Part shown: positions 52,657-64,000 of the stretch, piece after piece | How positions within the stretch are numbered: position 1 is the stretch's first letter | Layout of the letters: every line of letters begins with the position of its first letter | Source: Schmidtea polychroa | Taxonomy: Eukaryota | Length of the DNA stretch: 64,000 nucleotides | Reading direction: 5' to 3' | Assembly (NCBI GenBank): GCA_044892525.1 | Contig: CM097887.1 | Coordinates: forward strand, 114,864,397-114,928,396 | Made by a program: the position numbers and the translations under genes | The notes under the pieces: generated by a model | The model's input: the letters and a program-made list of their open reading frames with translations, nothing else | Database searches by the model: none | Told to the model about the DNA's origin: nothing

Positions 52657-55600
52657 CAGAAAATTTGATGGGATATCCTCAAGGGGCAGAAAAGTGGGAG
52701 AATGTTGGAAGGGTAAGCGAGAAAGTATACAGGTTCCTAAAGAGAGAAATGTTTGAAGAGGAAGTGAAAAGAATTGGAACCATTGAAACGGAGCAGGTTG
52801 TTGAAATTTTGTATAACAGAATGCAAGGAAGGCCTAGTATAACAGTAAGGATGAATGGGGAAAATTTCGACTGTTTATTAGACACTGGGGCAAGAATCAA
52901 TGTAATGAGTGTGAACTGTTTCAACAAGCTACGAGGACAACAATTGACGAAAAGTGACGATAAGTTACGATGCGCAAACGAGAGTACGATCGAGACAATA
53001 GGAAAAACGAAGGTGCAAGTAACCATTGGAAATGTTTCGAAGTAAGTTATATTCATTGTGGCGGAGAAAGTGACACCAGACGTGATTGGAGGAATCGAAT
53101 TACAAGAAACATTTGGATTTAGACTGTTAAAAATTAAAGATATCGAGGCTAGTGAAAAAGACAAGAACTATATTTGTAACATTGAAGCAAAATTTGGCAG
53201 AAAAATAAAGGATGAAGAACGATTGATACGAGCGTTGGAGCAGTTAAAGATCAATGAAGATAGCAAATTAAAGGAAATTATAACAAACAGTGGAAACGTG
53301 TTTATGGCAGATAAATGGGATGTGGGTCCACACATTTGGTAAAACACAAGATAGTTACAAGAGGTGAGCCGATAAACATAAAACCATATCGCCAACCACT
53401 AAATTTGGAATCAAAGATTGAAGAAGCAATACAAAATTTGTACGAAAATAGAATTATACGGAAATGTAACTCTCCATGGAGTACACCGCTAATATGTGTA
53501 TGGAAAAAAGAGAAAAAGTATATTAGAATATGCTGGGACTTTAGACAGCTGAACGCGGTAACAGAGAGGCAGGCATTTCCAATGCCAAACATAGACGAGA
53601 TGTTGGATTTGTTAGAAGGATCCGTCTTTTTCAGCTCAATCGATCTAGGTAATGCATATTACCAAGTGGAACTAGAAGAAGAATCACAGGAGAAAACAGC
53701 TTTCTCAACAAAGAACGGACAATATTGTTTCAACAGAATGCCGTTTGGAATTGCAGCAGCACCAGGTACGTTCCAAGAAATGATGACAAAAGTATTAGGC
53801 AAAATAAAGGGAGCAATGGTGTATTTGGACGACATCTTGATTTATTCAAGCAGTAAAGAGAAACACTATACAATACTCGGAGAAGTGTTAAAGGCGATTG
53901 AGGAAGCAGGCCTAAGGATTAATCCAGAAAAATGCCAAATAATAAAGGAAGAAATCAGATTCTTAGGACACTTAATCAGCAAGGAAGGAGTACAGACAGA
54001 TCCATCTAAAATTCAGGCCATACAGAACTTTGGGAAGCCTAATTGCGTAAAGAAACTCCGAAGCTTTTTAGGTATTTGCAATTATTATAGAAGATTCATC
54101 AGTGATTATGCAAAGAAGGCAAGGATGTTAGAACAATTATGTAGCGGACCAAGTAACAAAAAATTAGAATGGAGTGAAGGAACGAATAGCGTGTTTGAGG
54201 GATTGAAATTAGCACTCACGACGGCGCCAATCTTATGTTTTCCGGATCTGAAAAAGGAGTTCATTTTAGATACCGACACTAGTTTCGATGCCATTGGAGC
54301 AGTACTTTCACAAAGAGATAAAGATGGAAAGGAAAGAGTAATTGCGTATGGATCACACTCGATGACGAGCCACGAGAAAGGATATTGTATTACAAGAAAG
54401 GAACTATTGGCGGTATATTATTTTTGCATTCATTTTAAGCACTATCTCTACGGAAGAAGATTCACGCTCAGGACAGACCACAAGGCAATCACGTTTATGA
54501 TGACAACCAAGAAGCCGATTACTTCACAATTCCAAACATGGATCAATTATTTGAGCAGTTTAGATATAAGAGTAGAATACAGAAAGGGTATTAATCACCA
54601 AAATGCAGATATGGGGTCGAGAACTAAATGTGACACGTGTGTTCAATGTCAAATGGCCCACGAAGAAGCTAAGAAAAGAAAGATAAAAACAAGATTACTA
54701 GACTCGATCAGAGAAGAGGGAAGAAGCAACATCCAACATGGAATTGTAGAAGAAGTACGAAAGAAAACGATGATACCTGAAAATGAGTTACAAGAAACAA
54801 TAAAGGAAATACATAGACTATTGTGTCATGCTGGAGTCGAGAAGATAGCCGATTATATGAAAGATAGATATGTTGGAAAACACCTGTGGAGTAAGATTCA
54901 GGAGATTGTTCGAAGTTGTGAGATTTGTCAAAAAACCAAGGCTTTAACAATAACAACGAAAGAACCAGTGAAAAGACAAGATTCGAAGGAAATGTTCGAA
55001 ATTATATTCGTGGATATATGTGGACCGTTGGCAGAAACAAAAGGACGTAAGAAGTATATATTGGGCATAATAGATCAGTATAGTAAGTATCAAGTCTTGA
55101 CAGCGATAACAAAACAAGACGAAGAAACAATAAAGAAAACGATTTTAGAAAAGTGGATTTTAAGATTTGGATGCCCAAAGGAGATAAGAGTTGATTGCGG
55201 AAAGGCGTTTGAATCAGGAATGATGAGAGAATTCACAAAGATGCTAGATATTAAACTATGTTTTTCGAGTCCATACCATCACCAAACAAACGGTCAGATA
55301 GAAAGACAATTCAGGACAATACGGGATTTTATAAATGCTACTTTACAGGATAGAAAGAAGACGGATTGGGCAGAGATATTACCAGAAGTCGAATTCACTT
55401 TAAATGCAACCAAACAAAAAACGACAGGGAAAAGCCCGGCAGAGATAGTTTTTGGGAAAAGGATTAGCAGGGAAAAATGGTACGGGTCCAAAGAAATACC
55501 GATAAAGGAAGAACTAGAAGAACAAACAAGGAGAAAATTCAATGTAGGAGAAGAAGTATTAGTAAAAGTAGAAACACGCCACAAAGGCCAGGACAGGTAT

Positions 55601-55707
55601 GAAGGTCCGTACAAAGTAATAGAGAAAGTGCATGACAGACGATATATCTTAAGAAATGAAGATGGAAAAAGGATCGAAAGAAATGTGGAAAAACTTAAAA
55701 ATTTCTT

Positions 55708-55718
55708 AAGAAGGGGGA
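55708..55718 (+). other. Polypurine tract
   Basis: AAGAAGGGGGA directly before the 3' LTR. Confidence 0.85.
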
Positions 55719-55985
55719 TATGAGGAAGTTTTATGATGAAGAAATTTTTAAATTGAAAATTTTAAAAATTAAAGTTTAGATTAATTTTTAAAAAAACAAA
55801 ATAAGAAGATATTTTAATTAAAATATCTTCGTAGAAAATTTGTTTAAATAAAAAAGATTAAAGAAGATATAATTTGATTTTGATATTTATTAAAATAAAA
55901 TTTATGGAAACAAAAACTGATTTTAATGTTTTACAGGATGAACCTCCTAATACTTATTATGTTAGGAAATCATTTGTTTATTTAA

Positions 55986-56223
55986 CCTCTCAAGTGGTTT
56001 ATTTCGTCAAACGAAATACGCTCCTCAGCGGCGAGATTGTTATACTCTAGCGTATATATACGTCTTGGGCATAATGTTACAAAAAATAAAATAATATATT
56101 ATTGGATGATATTTATTAAGATAATATGTTGACAAAAGTAATATCTATGATATATTTTTATCCGTCGTATGCGTTTTGTAATGCATATGTTGACGTATAT
56201 ATCCGTCATAGTCACTTAAGAGG
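55986..56223. mobile_element. piggyBac-type MITE
   Basis: TTAA TSD on both sides; TIR CCTCT(C/T)AAGTG. Confidence 0.8.
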
Positions 56224-56434
56224 TTAATTTTCTGTAATACTTTTGCGAAGTTTAAAATAAAAATTAGATATAGCTGGACTTATTTGTTAATTAATTTGAC
56301 ATTTGAAATTTGTAAATGTCGGAATTCAATGATAATTCTTTTCTCAAAAATGTTAAAGCTGTTGATCAAAGTAAATTCGAATCGGATATTTTACCCAAAG
56401 TATACAAAGCATATATGAACCACATCACCACACC

Positions 56435-56540
56435 ATCTTAGACAAAACACTAGAGGAAGAATCGTAGCAAGGAAAATATTAAAACAATGCAATTATTCAA
56501 ATAGACAGTGTTGAAAATTTATTTAAAGACTTACAAAGGA
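56435..56540. repeat. 106-bp direct repeat, copy 2
   Basis: Matches 50911..51016. Confidence 0.85.
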
Positions 56541-57810
56541 CAAGGAAGTGAAAATCTCAGACCGCCACCAAATTCTGTTTGTTGATAGAAGATAAAGAGT
56601 TATATATACATGTAAATTTTGTAAATAAAAAATTTTAAGATCCATTTTCCAATTAAAGTTTGCTAAAAATGAGTACGTTAATCATTTAAAAATGGTCAAT
56701 TAAACATCACAGATGTTGTGTAATCTTTTGTAAAAATAAACAAAACAATTTTATTGCAGTCTTTTAGACAGAAATTAATATTTTAACAGGTTTCCTTGCA
56801 TAACCATAAATCTTACATCAGACACAATAATAAAAATATCACTTCGAGAGTTTTACTTGCTAGATAAATGTCTTCCACGACAAAGGAATTGTAATAAAGT
56901 ATCTGGTTTGTCCAATTAACCCTTTGCGTGCTGAATAAAATTTTATTAAAAAGTCACCTAATGAGTCAATTATATAATAAAAATAATGTTAAAGATTTAA
57001 TTGCGATTTGTTATATGTATTCAAGCATTCTTTGCTGGATATCTCCGCACCTCGCACAATAGCTGAGATTTTTATTGAGAGTGCAATAATTCCAATTTTT
57101 CCCTTAAGAACTGTACACCGGAGTTATGACTTTAGGACTTTATTCTCCTGGTGCTTTTTTTGATGAACCTTTGTGTGTTGATCACATTTTTGCGGTCGGG
57201 GTTAAAAAACTTTGAAAAAATGTCGCGCACCCATAAAGTTCTAAAAAATCATATATGACAAAAGTGTGATCTAGTTGTTTTTTAAGTTTTTCTAAACAGT
57301 TTAAAGTAAATATTTCTATTTACAAAAAAAACCCTGATTTGCAGGCTAAACGTTACATTTAAGAAACTGTCCTACGAGATTGCCGTTGTTTACCTTTCTA
57401 TGCCTCCAATTCTATAATGGAAACAGAGTAACATTAATGTGATAATTCTTAATTAATTTTCCTGATAAATAACGTTTAAAAATTAAAAATTAAGTTCTGA
57501 TTTCAGCTGAAAAGAGCCAATTGGGTCATATATAGGAATCCCATATTATAGGATGTTGTTTAAATAATGTTTATTTTCCCGTTTATTCAAGTGCATTCTC
57601 ATTACTTTATCAAAAACTTCAAAATTGTGAGTTCATTTAAATTTATATCGACAGCAACGAAACAAAAGCGTCATGTCTAAATTATCGATGAATAATGTCG
57701 AGAAAAGTTCAAAAACATGGCAAAAGAATTAGAAAAATCATGTAAGAAGAAGATCTGAAATTAAACTACTGGAAAACTTGCACTTCTCTCTACCATTCAT
57801 CCATCTAGAA

Positions 57811-57889
57811 CAGTGTTTCCCAGACTTTTTTAGGCCACCGCCCCCTAACCTTTTGGTAAATTTATAATAAATAATATATATAAATTTAT

Positions 57890-57960
<71 letters not shown>

Positions 57961-59700
57961 CTTTTTCTTCAAAAAATTGAATAACAGAATCAAATAAGCT
58001 AAAAAAAGTGTTAAACACGTACCTTTCAATAACCATCGAACTTCTGTATGTAAAAGAAGGCGATTAAAATCTTCATTTTCTTTGCACAGTTGGCCAAATA
58101 ATCTGTCATTTGAAGCTTTGCTTCTAATTTCATTGATCTCTTTTACAACAAAATTAAGGGATGTATGCAAACGCTCAGAGAGATTTTTAGCAACCAGGTG
58201 CTGACGATGAATTACACAATGCACAGAAATTAAATCTGGAACTGCCTGCTTTAAGTGAGCCACAAACCCATTGTAGTGACTCGTAATTGCAGGTGCACCA
58301 TCCGTAGCCACAGATAAAATATTGGTCAAGGGAATACCTTTTTCAACTAAAAATCCTTTTAAAACATTAAAAACTGTAATCCCTCTAGTGTTGGTTTTTA
58401 AACTTTTGACATATAATAATTCCTCATAAACTTTGTCTTCTTTCACAAACCTTACAAAAGATAAGAAAATTGACTCGTTATTATCGAGCTGAATTGAAGA
58501 CTTAGAAGTTTTCAAATATTCGCATAAAGAAATATCAACGTCTTCTGCCATTTCATCAATTCTCCTTTTAACTGGATTATTACTCAAAGGAATTTTTTAA
58601 TGATTTCTTCAGTGAAGTATTGTACTGATTACTTCCTTCACTACTGGCGAAATCAGCTGTTCACCAATTGTATGAGGATTTGCAGGTTTTGGAATGAACA
58701 AGGAAATTTTGTATGAAGCCAGTAATCCATCATAAGAATCCTTATACGACAACCGAAACATATCTGGTAGAGTTAGATTCTTTACATATTTATTTTTTAA
58801 TTCTTGAAAATAAGATATGCCTTTCCCAGCTTTCCCCGGATGCATTTTCAAAAATGTTCTTCTAGCCTAGAATGCTTCATTGATTCATTTGAAAACGTTT
58901 TTTCACATATTAAAAATAACGGTAGTGTATTATTGAAAGGTAATTCAATGAATCCAAATTTCAAGAAGTCAGAACTATATTTTCGGATTTTTTTCTTCGT
59001 TATGAAATTCGTCATAATGGGGATAAAAATCTTTCAACTAAAATACGTAAAAATAAATTAATTTTGGTAATAATTTTTAATTAAAAAATAAGAAAAATAA
59101 AACACCTTTAAAATTTTTTTGGATATATACCGTATATACTCGCGTATAAGTCGAGAAATTTAAGTTAAATTTTCAAGTCAAAATAGCCACTTCGACTTAT
59201 ACGCGGGTCAAAAAACGTACAAATTAATTTTTAATGAAATAATTAAACCTTTTTTTTATTTTTGTTACTTCTACCTATATGCTGGTTTCCAATTTAGGAC
59301 TTAAAAACCTCTTAAAATTTACTCGACTTANNNNNNNNNNNNNNNNNNNNNNNNNNNNNNNNNNNNNNNNNNNNNNNNNNNNNNNNNNNNNNNNNNNNNN
59401 NNNNNNNNNNNNNNNNNNNNNNNNNNNNNNNNNNNNNNNNNNNNNNNNNNNNNNNNNNNNNNNNNNNNNNNNNNNNNNNNAATAAGAAAATTTAATACTA
59501 GCACAAAATAAGATATATCTAAGGTTTAAAGTGAAATAATTTTGTAAATGTTTTGATAAATTACAATTGATTGATATTCTGAAAGTCAATATGTTTATAA
59601 TATATTTTTTACTTTAATTAATTTAAATTAAAATTTAAATTAAAAACTTGCCAGCGCTCCCACTAAAGGGATCCAGTGCCCACTAGTTTGGGAATCAGTG
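57811..59700 (-). mobile_element. hAT Charlie/Buster element lacking the transposase C-terminal half
   Basis: TIR CA(G/C)TG(T/A)TTCCCA(G/A)ACT; perfect 8-bp TSD ATCTAGAA; transposase pieces 57960..59015 (BED region, KPANPHTIGEQLI, QLDNNE, VATDGAPA, VHCVIHRQHLVAK, LLHTEVRWL); (TA)n at the truncation point. Confidence 0.92.
59130..59330. mobile_element. pogo/mariner-type MITE nested in the Charlie element (right end in the gap)
   Basis: TA followed by CCGTATATACTCGCGTATAAGTCGA; internal CGACTTATACGCG; ends in CTCGACTTA at the N gap. Confidence 0.75.
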
Positions 59701-59708
59701 ATCTAGAA

Positions 59709-60360
59709 GAAGCAAACTGACAGATACTCCAAGTAAAGAGGTAGGGCAGCAAGGTTCGAGTAATATGTTTGTACTGTTTAAGGAAATTGCAGCAACAACT
59801 GAACATGACTCTGATTACCAAAATGAGGAAGTTGAAAATGTTAAAAAATACCACAGTACCAGCTCAGCTGCAAATTTAGTTGCACGATATAATCTCTCAG
59901 CGCAGCAAGCATCAAGAGTCTGTCGCAGTTTAGTACAAGAAGGTGCAGATAATTTAGCCACTCTATCATAAAGTGGCATTTGAAAATGAATTTTCAAAAA
60001 TAGTGAAAAGAAAATCTCCAAAATAAAGGAAATCCTTACCCGGGAATATGATTTCTGTCTTTATTTCGATGGAAAGAAGATTGCAAATAAAGAAGTTGTA
60101 TGTCTACAAAGTTCCTCAAGATATTTGAAACTGGGAATTCTCATTTGCTAAATTGGTTCAGCAGACGTTATTTTTGATTCAATGACGAATTTGTTAGATA
60201 GTTTTGACGCTTGGAAAAATATTAAAATGATCGTGTGTGACACGACATTTGTTAATACAGGCTGACACAATGGGATTGTCATTCGAATTCAAAGAGAGTT
60301 CCAAAGGAAAAGATTAGAAAACCACGATATATCGGTTTCCAAAACCATGTACTCATTCGC
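59709..60360 (+). pseudogene. Decayed hATm/hATx-like transposase
   Basis: FCLYFDGKKI...LKLGIL...SAD.IF..M..LLDSFDAWKNIKMIVCDTT.VNTG.HNGIV..I...YIG.QNHVL, resembling the DTTAxNTG..NG..CxHHxLE family; probably continues left of the Charlie insertion. Confidence 0.65.
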
Positions 60361-60461
60361 CATTTGCTTCATTATTGTGTCCCGACACGTTTGGCCAAGC
60401 CCAATATGAACTATGCCTTTTTTGAGTCCATTTCCAGGGAATATGATATTTGAAATATATA

Positions 60462-61272
60462 TAGTGGTGGAATTCTAATGATTTTACAACCGGTTCACAA
60501 CGAAAAAATGTGGCTGGGAAACTGTTTACTTCCTTTTCTTTTTGGAGTATTTCAAAAAAATTAATTGACCTTAGATCAAATTTTTCGGCCTTAAATATGT
60601 CCATATTTTTAGCTTTTAGCGCATGTGACAGAATAGAAATTTCATTTAAAATGTCAATCATTAAAGATAAACCATTTAAAAAGAATTTATTTTCCAGTCT
60701 TAGCCATACCCATGTATTTTTCATTTGATGAAAAACTAATTATGTAAAGCAGGATAGGCACGCCAAACAGCTATGGTTGATCTTTATAATATCGATTTCT
60801 AGTTCCTTTGATATTTCGGAAAGCTCGATTTGATTTTTATTAGATTGATGAAAAATAGTGTATATTTTGTCAATTTAAATTTTAAAATGGTTTACTTGCT
60901 TTATTTCATTTATAGAATCATCCAAAACAAGTTGGAGGCGGTGGTTTAAACAATGCAATATTAATACATTTGGAAATTCATTTGAAATTTTCGTGCTGAC
61001 TCCAAATCTTGCTCCATCTATGATATGTAGATTTCATAATTATTTTTAATTATTATTTTCCATTCTATTCTTCTATGTGTATTATGCATGAAAATTACAA
61101 ACGCATATCTTTATCATGGTGCTGTATTTAAGGTCAATACAATAATGTACCTATGTACAAATACGCATATAAAAGAGATAAAATTTATTTTTACAACCGG
61201 TTCGCCGAACTTGGAAACCTTTTATAAAACGGTTCTAGCGAACCGGTGCGAACCGGCTGAATCCCACCACTA
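60462..61272. mobile_element. Non-autonomous hAT element with an internal minus-strand transposase fragment
   Basis: TIR TAGTGGTGG(A/G)ATTC; ACCGGTTC subterminal motifs; fragment LSLMIDILNEISILSHALKAKNMDIFKA (about 60510-60724, minus strand). Confidence 0.75.
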
Positions 61273-61452
61273 GAAATTCATCTTAAATTTTTCTTCGGAT
61301 ATTTGTTCTGAATTTTGGACAAAATATTACTTTAAATAAAAGTTTTAATTTTTAATTTAAATATTTGAAAAGAGAGTACCGCGTGTAAATTGGAAATGTC
61401 TTATGCGAAAATTTCATAATAGTGGAAATATCGTCCATTTGTACTCAAATTA

Positions 61453-61860
61453 ATCACAAATCTAAGGACTGACAAGGAAAATGCCCAAAAATCGGTGGAA
61501 GAACTAGTGTCGGGTGTCCAAACTCAAGGACCAATGCAGAGAGATGGAGAGTACTTGGTTCCGTCAGACCTAAAAGAAAAAAAGTAAGCTTATCCAGCAG
61601 CTGCAAAGCGAGCAAGATGAAATTGTGTTCAAAGCCCTCAAAATCTGAGCGCGTCAGTGGGGGACGCAGGTCAACAAAGAGGTTATCGATCAAGACTTAT
61701 TTGAGCACATCCGACCTGTAAGCCTAGAATTGGCGGGCTTAATTAAGCCCCAATGGCCTACGATGAGCAAGAGCAAGTCGGGGAAGGCCGAGAAAGCGTG
61801 ACTTCGGGCTTGTAGAGAAGCGCCAATTCCGGAAAGCCAGAAATGATCGATTATTTCAAT
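61453..61860 (+). pseudogene. Decayed unidentified coding frame (likely mobile-element derived)
   Basis: GC-richer, codon-like frame (ITNLRTDKENAQKSVEELVSG...LIQQLQSEQDEIVFKALKI*ARQWG...) with one frameshift at an A run and three TGA stops; no motif recognised. Confidence 0.45.
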
Positions 61861-61941
61861 GTAAATAAACAAATATTCTCTATATTATGGTTATTTATTT
61901 GATAAATACCGGATTCAAAATAGTTGATTTTAGCTAATAGG

Positions 61942-62196
61942 CGACAGAGAGGGACCTAAAAGAAAGTCGGACATAGGTCTTTTAACGGCAGTCCGTGACT
62001 CCTTGTCGATTATAGTGAACAAAGGTAGGCTCACTTTTCGCAAGTAGCCATCCACTCGATACAGTAACAAAGTTAATTAGCGGCCATCGAGCGGGGCAAC
62101 ATTTCTGTATTCTGGGTTACGCTGGAAACAGTACGAAAGGGTAAGATGTGGATTACCTGTAACCCACCAATTCCAACTTCTTATAAGATAGAAGTT
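61942..62196 (+). other. Densely base-paired GC-richer segment (candidate structured RNA or element 3' UTR)
   Basis: Stems 61942-51/61999-62008, 61952-58/61974-80, 62051-59/62085-93, 62113-20/62159-66 (three-way junction with a GAAA tetraloop) and 62175-80/62191-96. Confidence 0.5.
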
Positions 62197-62240
62197 TAAC
62201 ATCTAATTACTCAATTTTTCGTATACCACTGCTATCAAGC

Positions 62241-62258
62241 TTAAGGTTAGGGTTAAGG

Positions 62259-62309
<51 letters not shown>

Positions 62310-62325
62310 TATATTATTATTATCA
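62241..62325 (+). repeat. Telomere-like TTAAGG-TTAGGG-TTAAGG followed by an (ATT)n tract
   Basis: Directly visible. Confidence 0.8.
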
Positions 62326-64000
62326 TTAAAAATTGAAAAAAATTACTACATTTCATAATTTTGAATAAAGATATTCGACTTCATTAGATTTTTTTTATTT
62401 CAACAGAAAAAATCTTAAATTTTATATCTAATCGAAATATGATTGGTTTAGATAATCGAATTTCTATTGGCTGTGGTTTTATTAATAATAAAACACATTT
62501 TTTATTTTATATTTTTTATCAGTTGATTTATTAATGCAATATTAGCTTAATGGAGATTTAAAACCTGTGGCTATTTTTCACATCTGAAGTATATCAAAAT
62601 GCATCTACAAATTTTGGTTCTATTTTCAATCTATTTCAAACTGATTTATGCAAAAATTGGTAAGTCATAATTTTTAATAATTGTAATAAATTTTGTTTTT
62701 GATGATAAAAATTAATTTCTTCCGAAATAAAAATTCTAAATGAAATTATTTCTAAGTAAAAATTATGATTTCTTCATTTTTACAATTTGAAGCCCAACGA
62801 TTTTGCTTTCTTTTGTAATTTTTCAAAGTTTTGTAAATAGAAACAAAGAGGGTTCTGTTTGTTTTTTAATTGCAATTTAATGCAAAACCGCTAAATATTA
62901 AACAACATTGAAAATCTGCGTGCTTTAAAACTCAATATCTCTATTTAATTACGTTACGTAATACAACTGAAAACAAACTTCAAATTATCACATAGGAATG
63001 CTACATGCGTTTAATATTATTGCGCGTGAAATAATGAAAATTTACAAATTAATTGTTTTTTCTTTCCTTTTATTCTCGTGAAATTGATATTAATAGAATT
63101 TTCCCTTATCCTCAGAAATCCATTAATTAATCGACTCGGTAATTTGTGATTCTATTATAAGTTGTAAAAAAAAATTTACTCAATAAGATAAAAGGGATAA
63201 AAAGTGAATAACTTTGTGAGTCAAATAAAGAAAATATCCTATACCATAATTAATGTGTGATGTAGGGGATTGGAGAATTGTAATTATGAAAAAGGATTGC
63301 CTAAGAATTTAATTGAATTTATTGATAATATTCTTTAATTTAAAATAAACAGAATTAAATTATAATAAATATCAACGAATATATAATAAGAACTTTTTTC
63401 AATTTAGACATAAAATTAGACATAAGTTTTTATAAATTTGTAGAGTTTGTAGAAATTTAAATTAAAAATTTATCATTTTCAAAATAATTTCATTAATTAA
63501 TCTGTAACTATTTCCCATTAATTTGAATTGAACAAAATTTATTATTAAAATTTGATAAATCTTTTTAAATCTTTTTCGAAAACTTACACCTTAATTAGAG
63601 CTTTACTAATTGCATCATAGACGTAGTTGATAGTTAATGAAAATAATTTTTCAATACTCAAAACAATGGAAATTAATTAAAAATTGGATTAAATTAAAAT
63701 TTAAATCACAGTTATATATGGGTTTTTTTTAAATTTTTAAATTTTGATTATAAAATAATGCCAAGCCTTTTAATCTATTTCTTAGATTATTTTTTTTTAA
63801 AAAAGACTTTTGTGAATTTAAGTGTTAAAAATGACCGCCTTTCTGTATAAGTCGATGTAAAAATAAGTAGGAAAAATTGGTTTCCTTACTTCAATGTCTT
63901 CAAAAATTTTAATTATAAAATTTCTTGTTATATTTTCTAAATGGCGCCTCCCCATCTATGATAATGGCGTTGTGATTTTTATATTGAATAAATAAAATCA

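Larger units (their letters stand above)
52596..55723 (+). pseudogene. pol: Pol: protease, RT, RNase H, integrase (GPY/F); one nonsense codon and one frameshift
   Basis: LLDTGA; RMPFG and VYLDD; LDTDTS..IGAVLSQ; H..LCH..C..C, VDICG, VDCG..F, NGQIERQFRT; YEGPYKV. TAA at 53043-53045 and a 1-nt frameshift near 53328. Confidence 0.95.
51376..55952 (+). mobile_element. Full-length compact Ty3/Gypsy LTR retrotransposon (4577 bp), recently inactivated
   Basis: LTRs 51376-51610 and 55719-55952 differ by 3 substitutions and 1 indel; 5-bp TSD CTTAT; PBS, gag, pol (PR-RT-RH-IN order) and PPT all present. Confidence 0.97.

Noticed and set aside
51897-55614. Minus-strand ORFs over the Gypsy (51980..52471, 52679..53164, 55294..55614 and others)
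   Set aside because: Antisense shadows of purine-rich gag/pol; hydrophobic low-information translations with no motifs.
56916-57205. TTAA-CCCTTT...GGGG-TTAA as a piggyBac MITE
   Set aside because: The two ends do not form matching TIRs beyond CCC.
9440-59589. ORFs made largely of X (for example 9443..9790, 10846..11184, 19549..19788, 36881..37066, 39226..39562, 59275..59589)
   Set aside because: Artefacts of translating through N gaps.
61942-62196. RNase P/MRP RNA, group I intron, HDV or twister ribozyme, or rRNA identity for the structured segment
   Set aside because: Only isolated words (GAAAGTC, GAAA tetraloop) match; the required conserved cores and topologies are absent.

Overview
This is very AT-rich eukaryotic (probably invertebrate) genomic DNA with several N gaps. 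It is dominated by nested, mostly decayed transposable elements; the taxon cannot be fixed from the sequence. DNA transposons found: hAT (Buster/Charlie, Tip100-like, hATm/x-like), Tigger/pogo, two DD34E Tc1/IS630-like elements, Merlin, MULE and piggyBac-type MITEs. Retroelements found: Penelope-like remnants with degenerate hammerhead-ribozyme folds, two related solo LTRs, and one nearly intact, very compact (4.6 kb) Ty3/Gypsy provirus at 51376-55952. No intact host gene, rRNA, tRNA or CRISPR array is evident. The most unusual feature is an intronless minus-strand frame at about 30800-31498. It joins a SNF8/Vps22 (ESCRT-II) fragment in frame to a proteasome alpha-6 (PSMA6) fragment, just downstream of a perfect 15-bp GC-rich hairpin. 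Also notable are the Gypsy gag start codon formed at the LTR/PBS junction with a splice acceptor in the LTR, and a densely base-paired ~260-nt module near 62 kb that ends in telomere-like repeats. All homologies were recognised by eye from motifs; no database searches were run.
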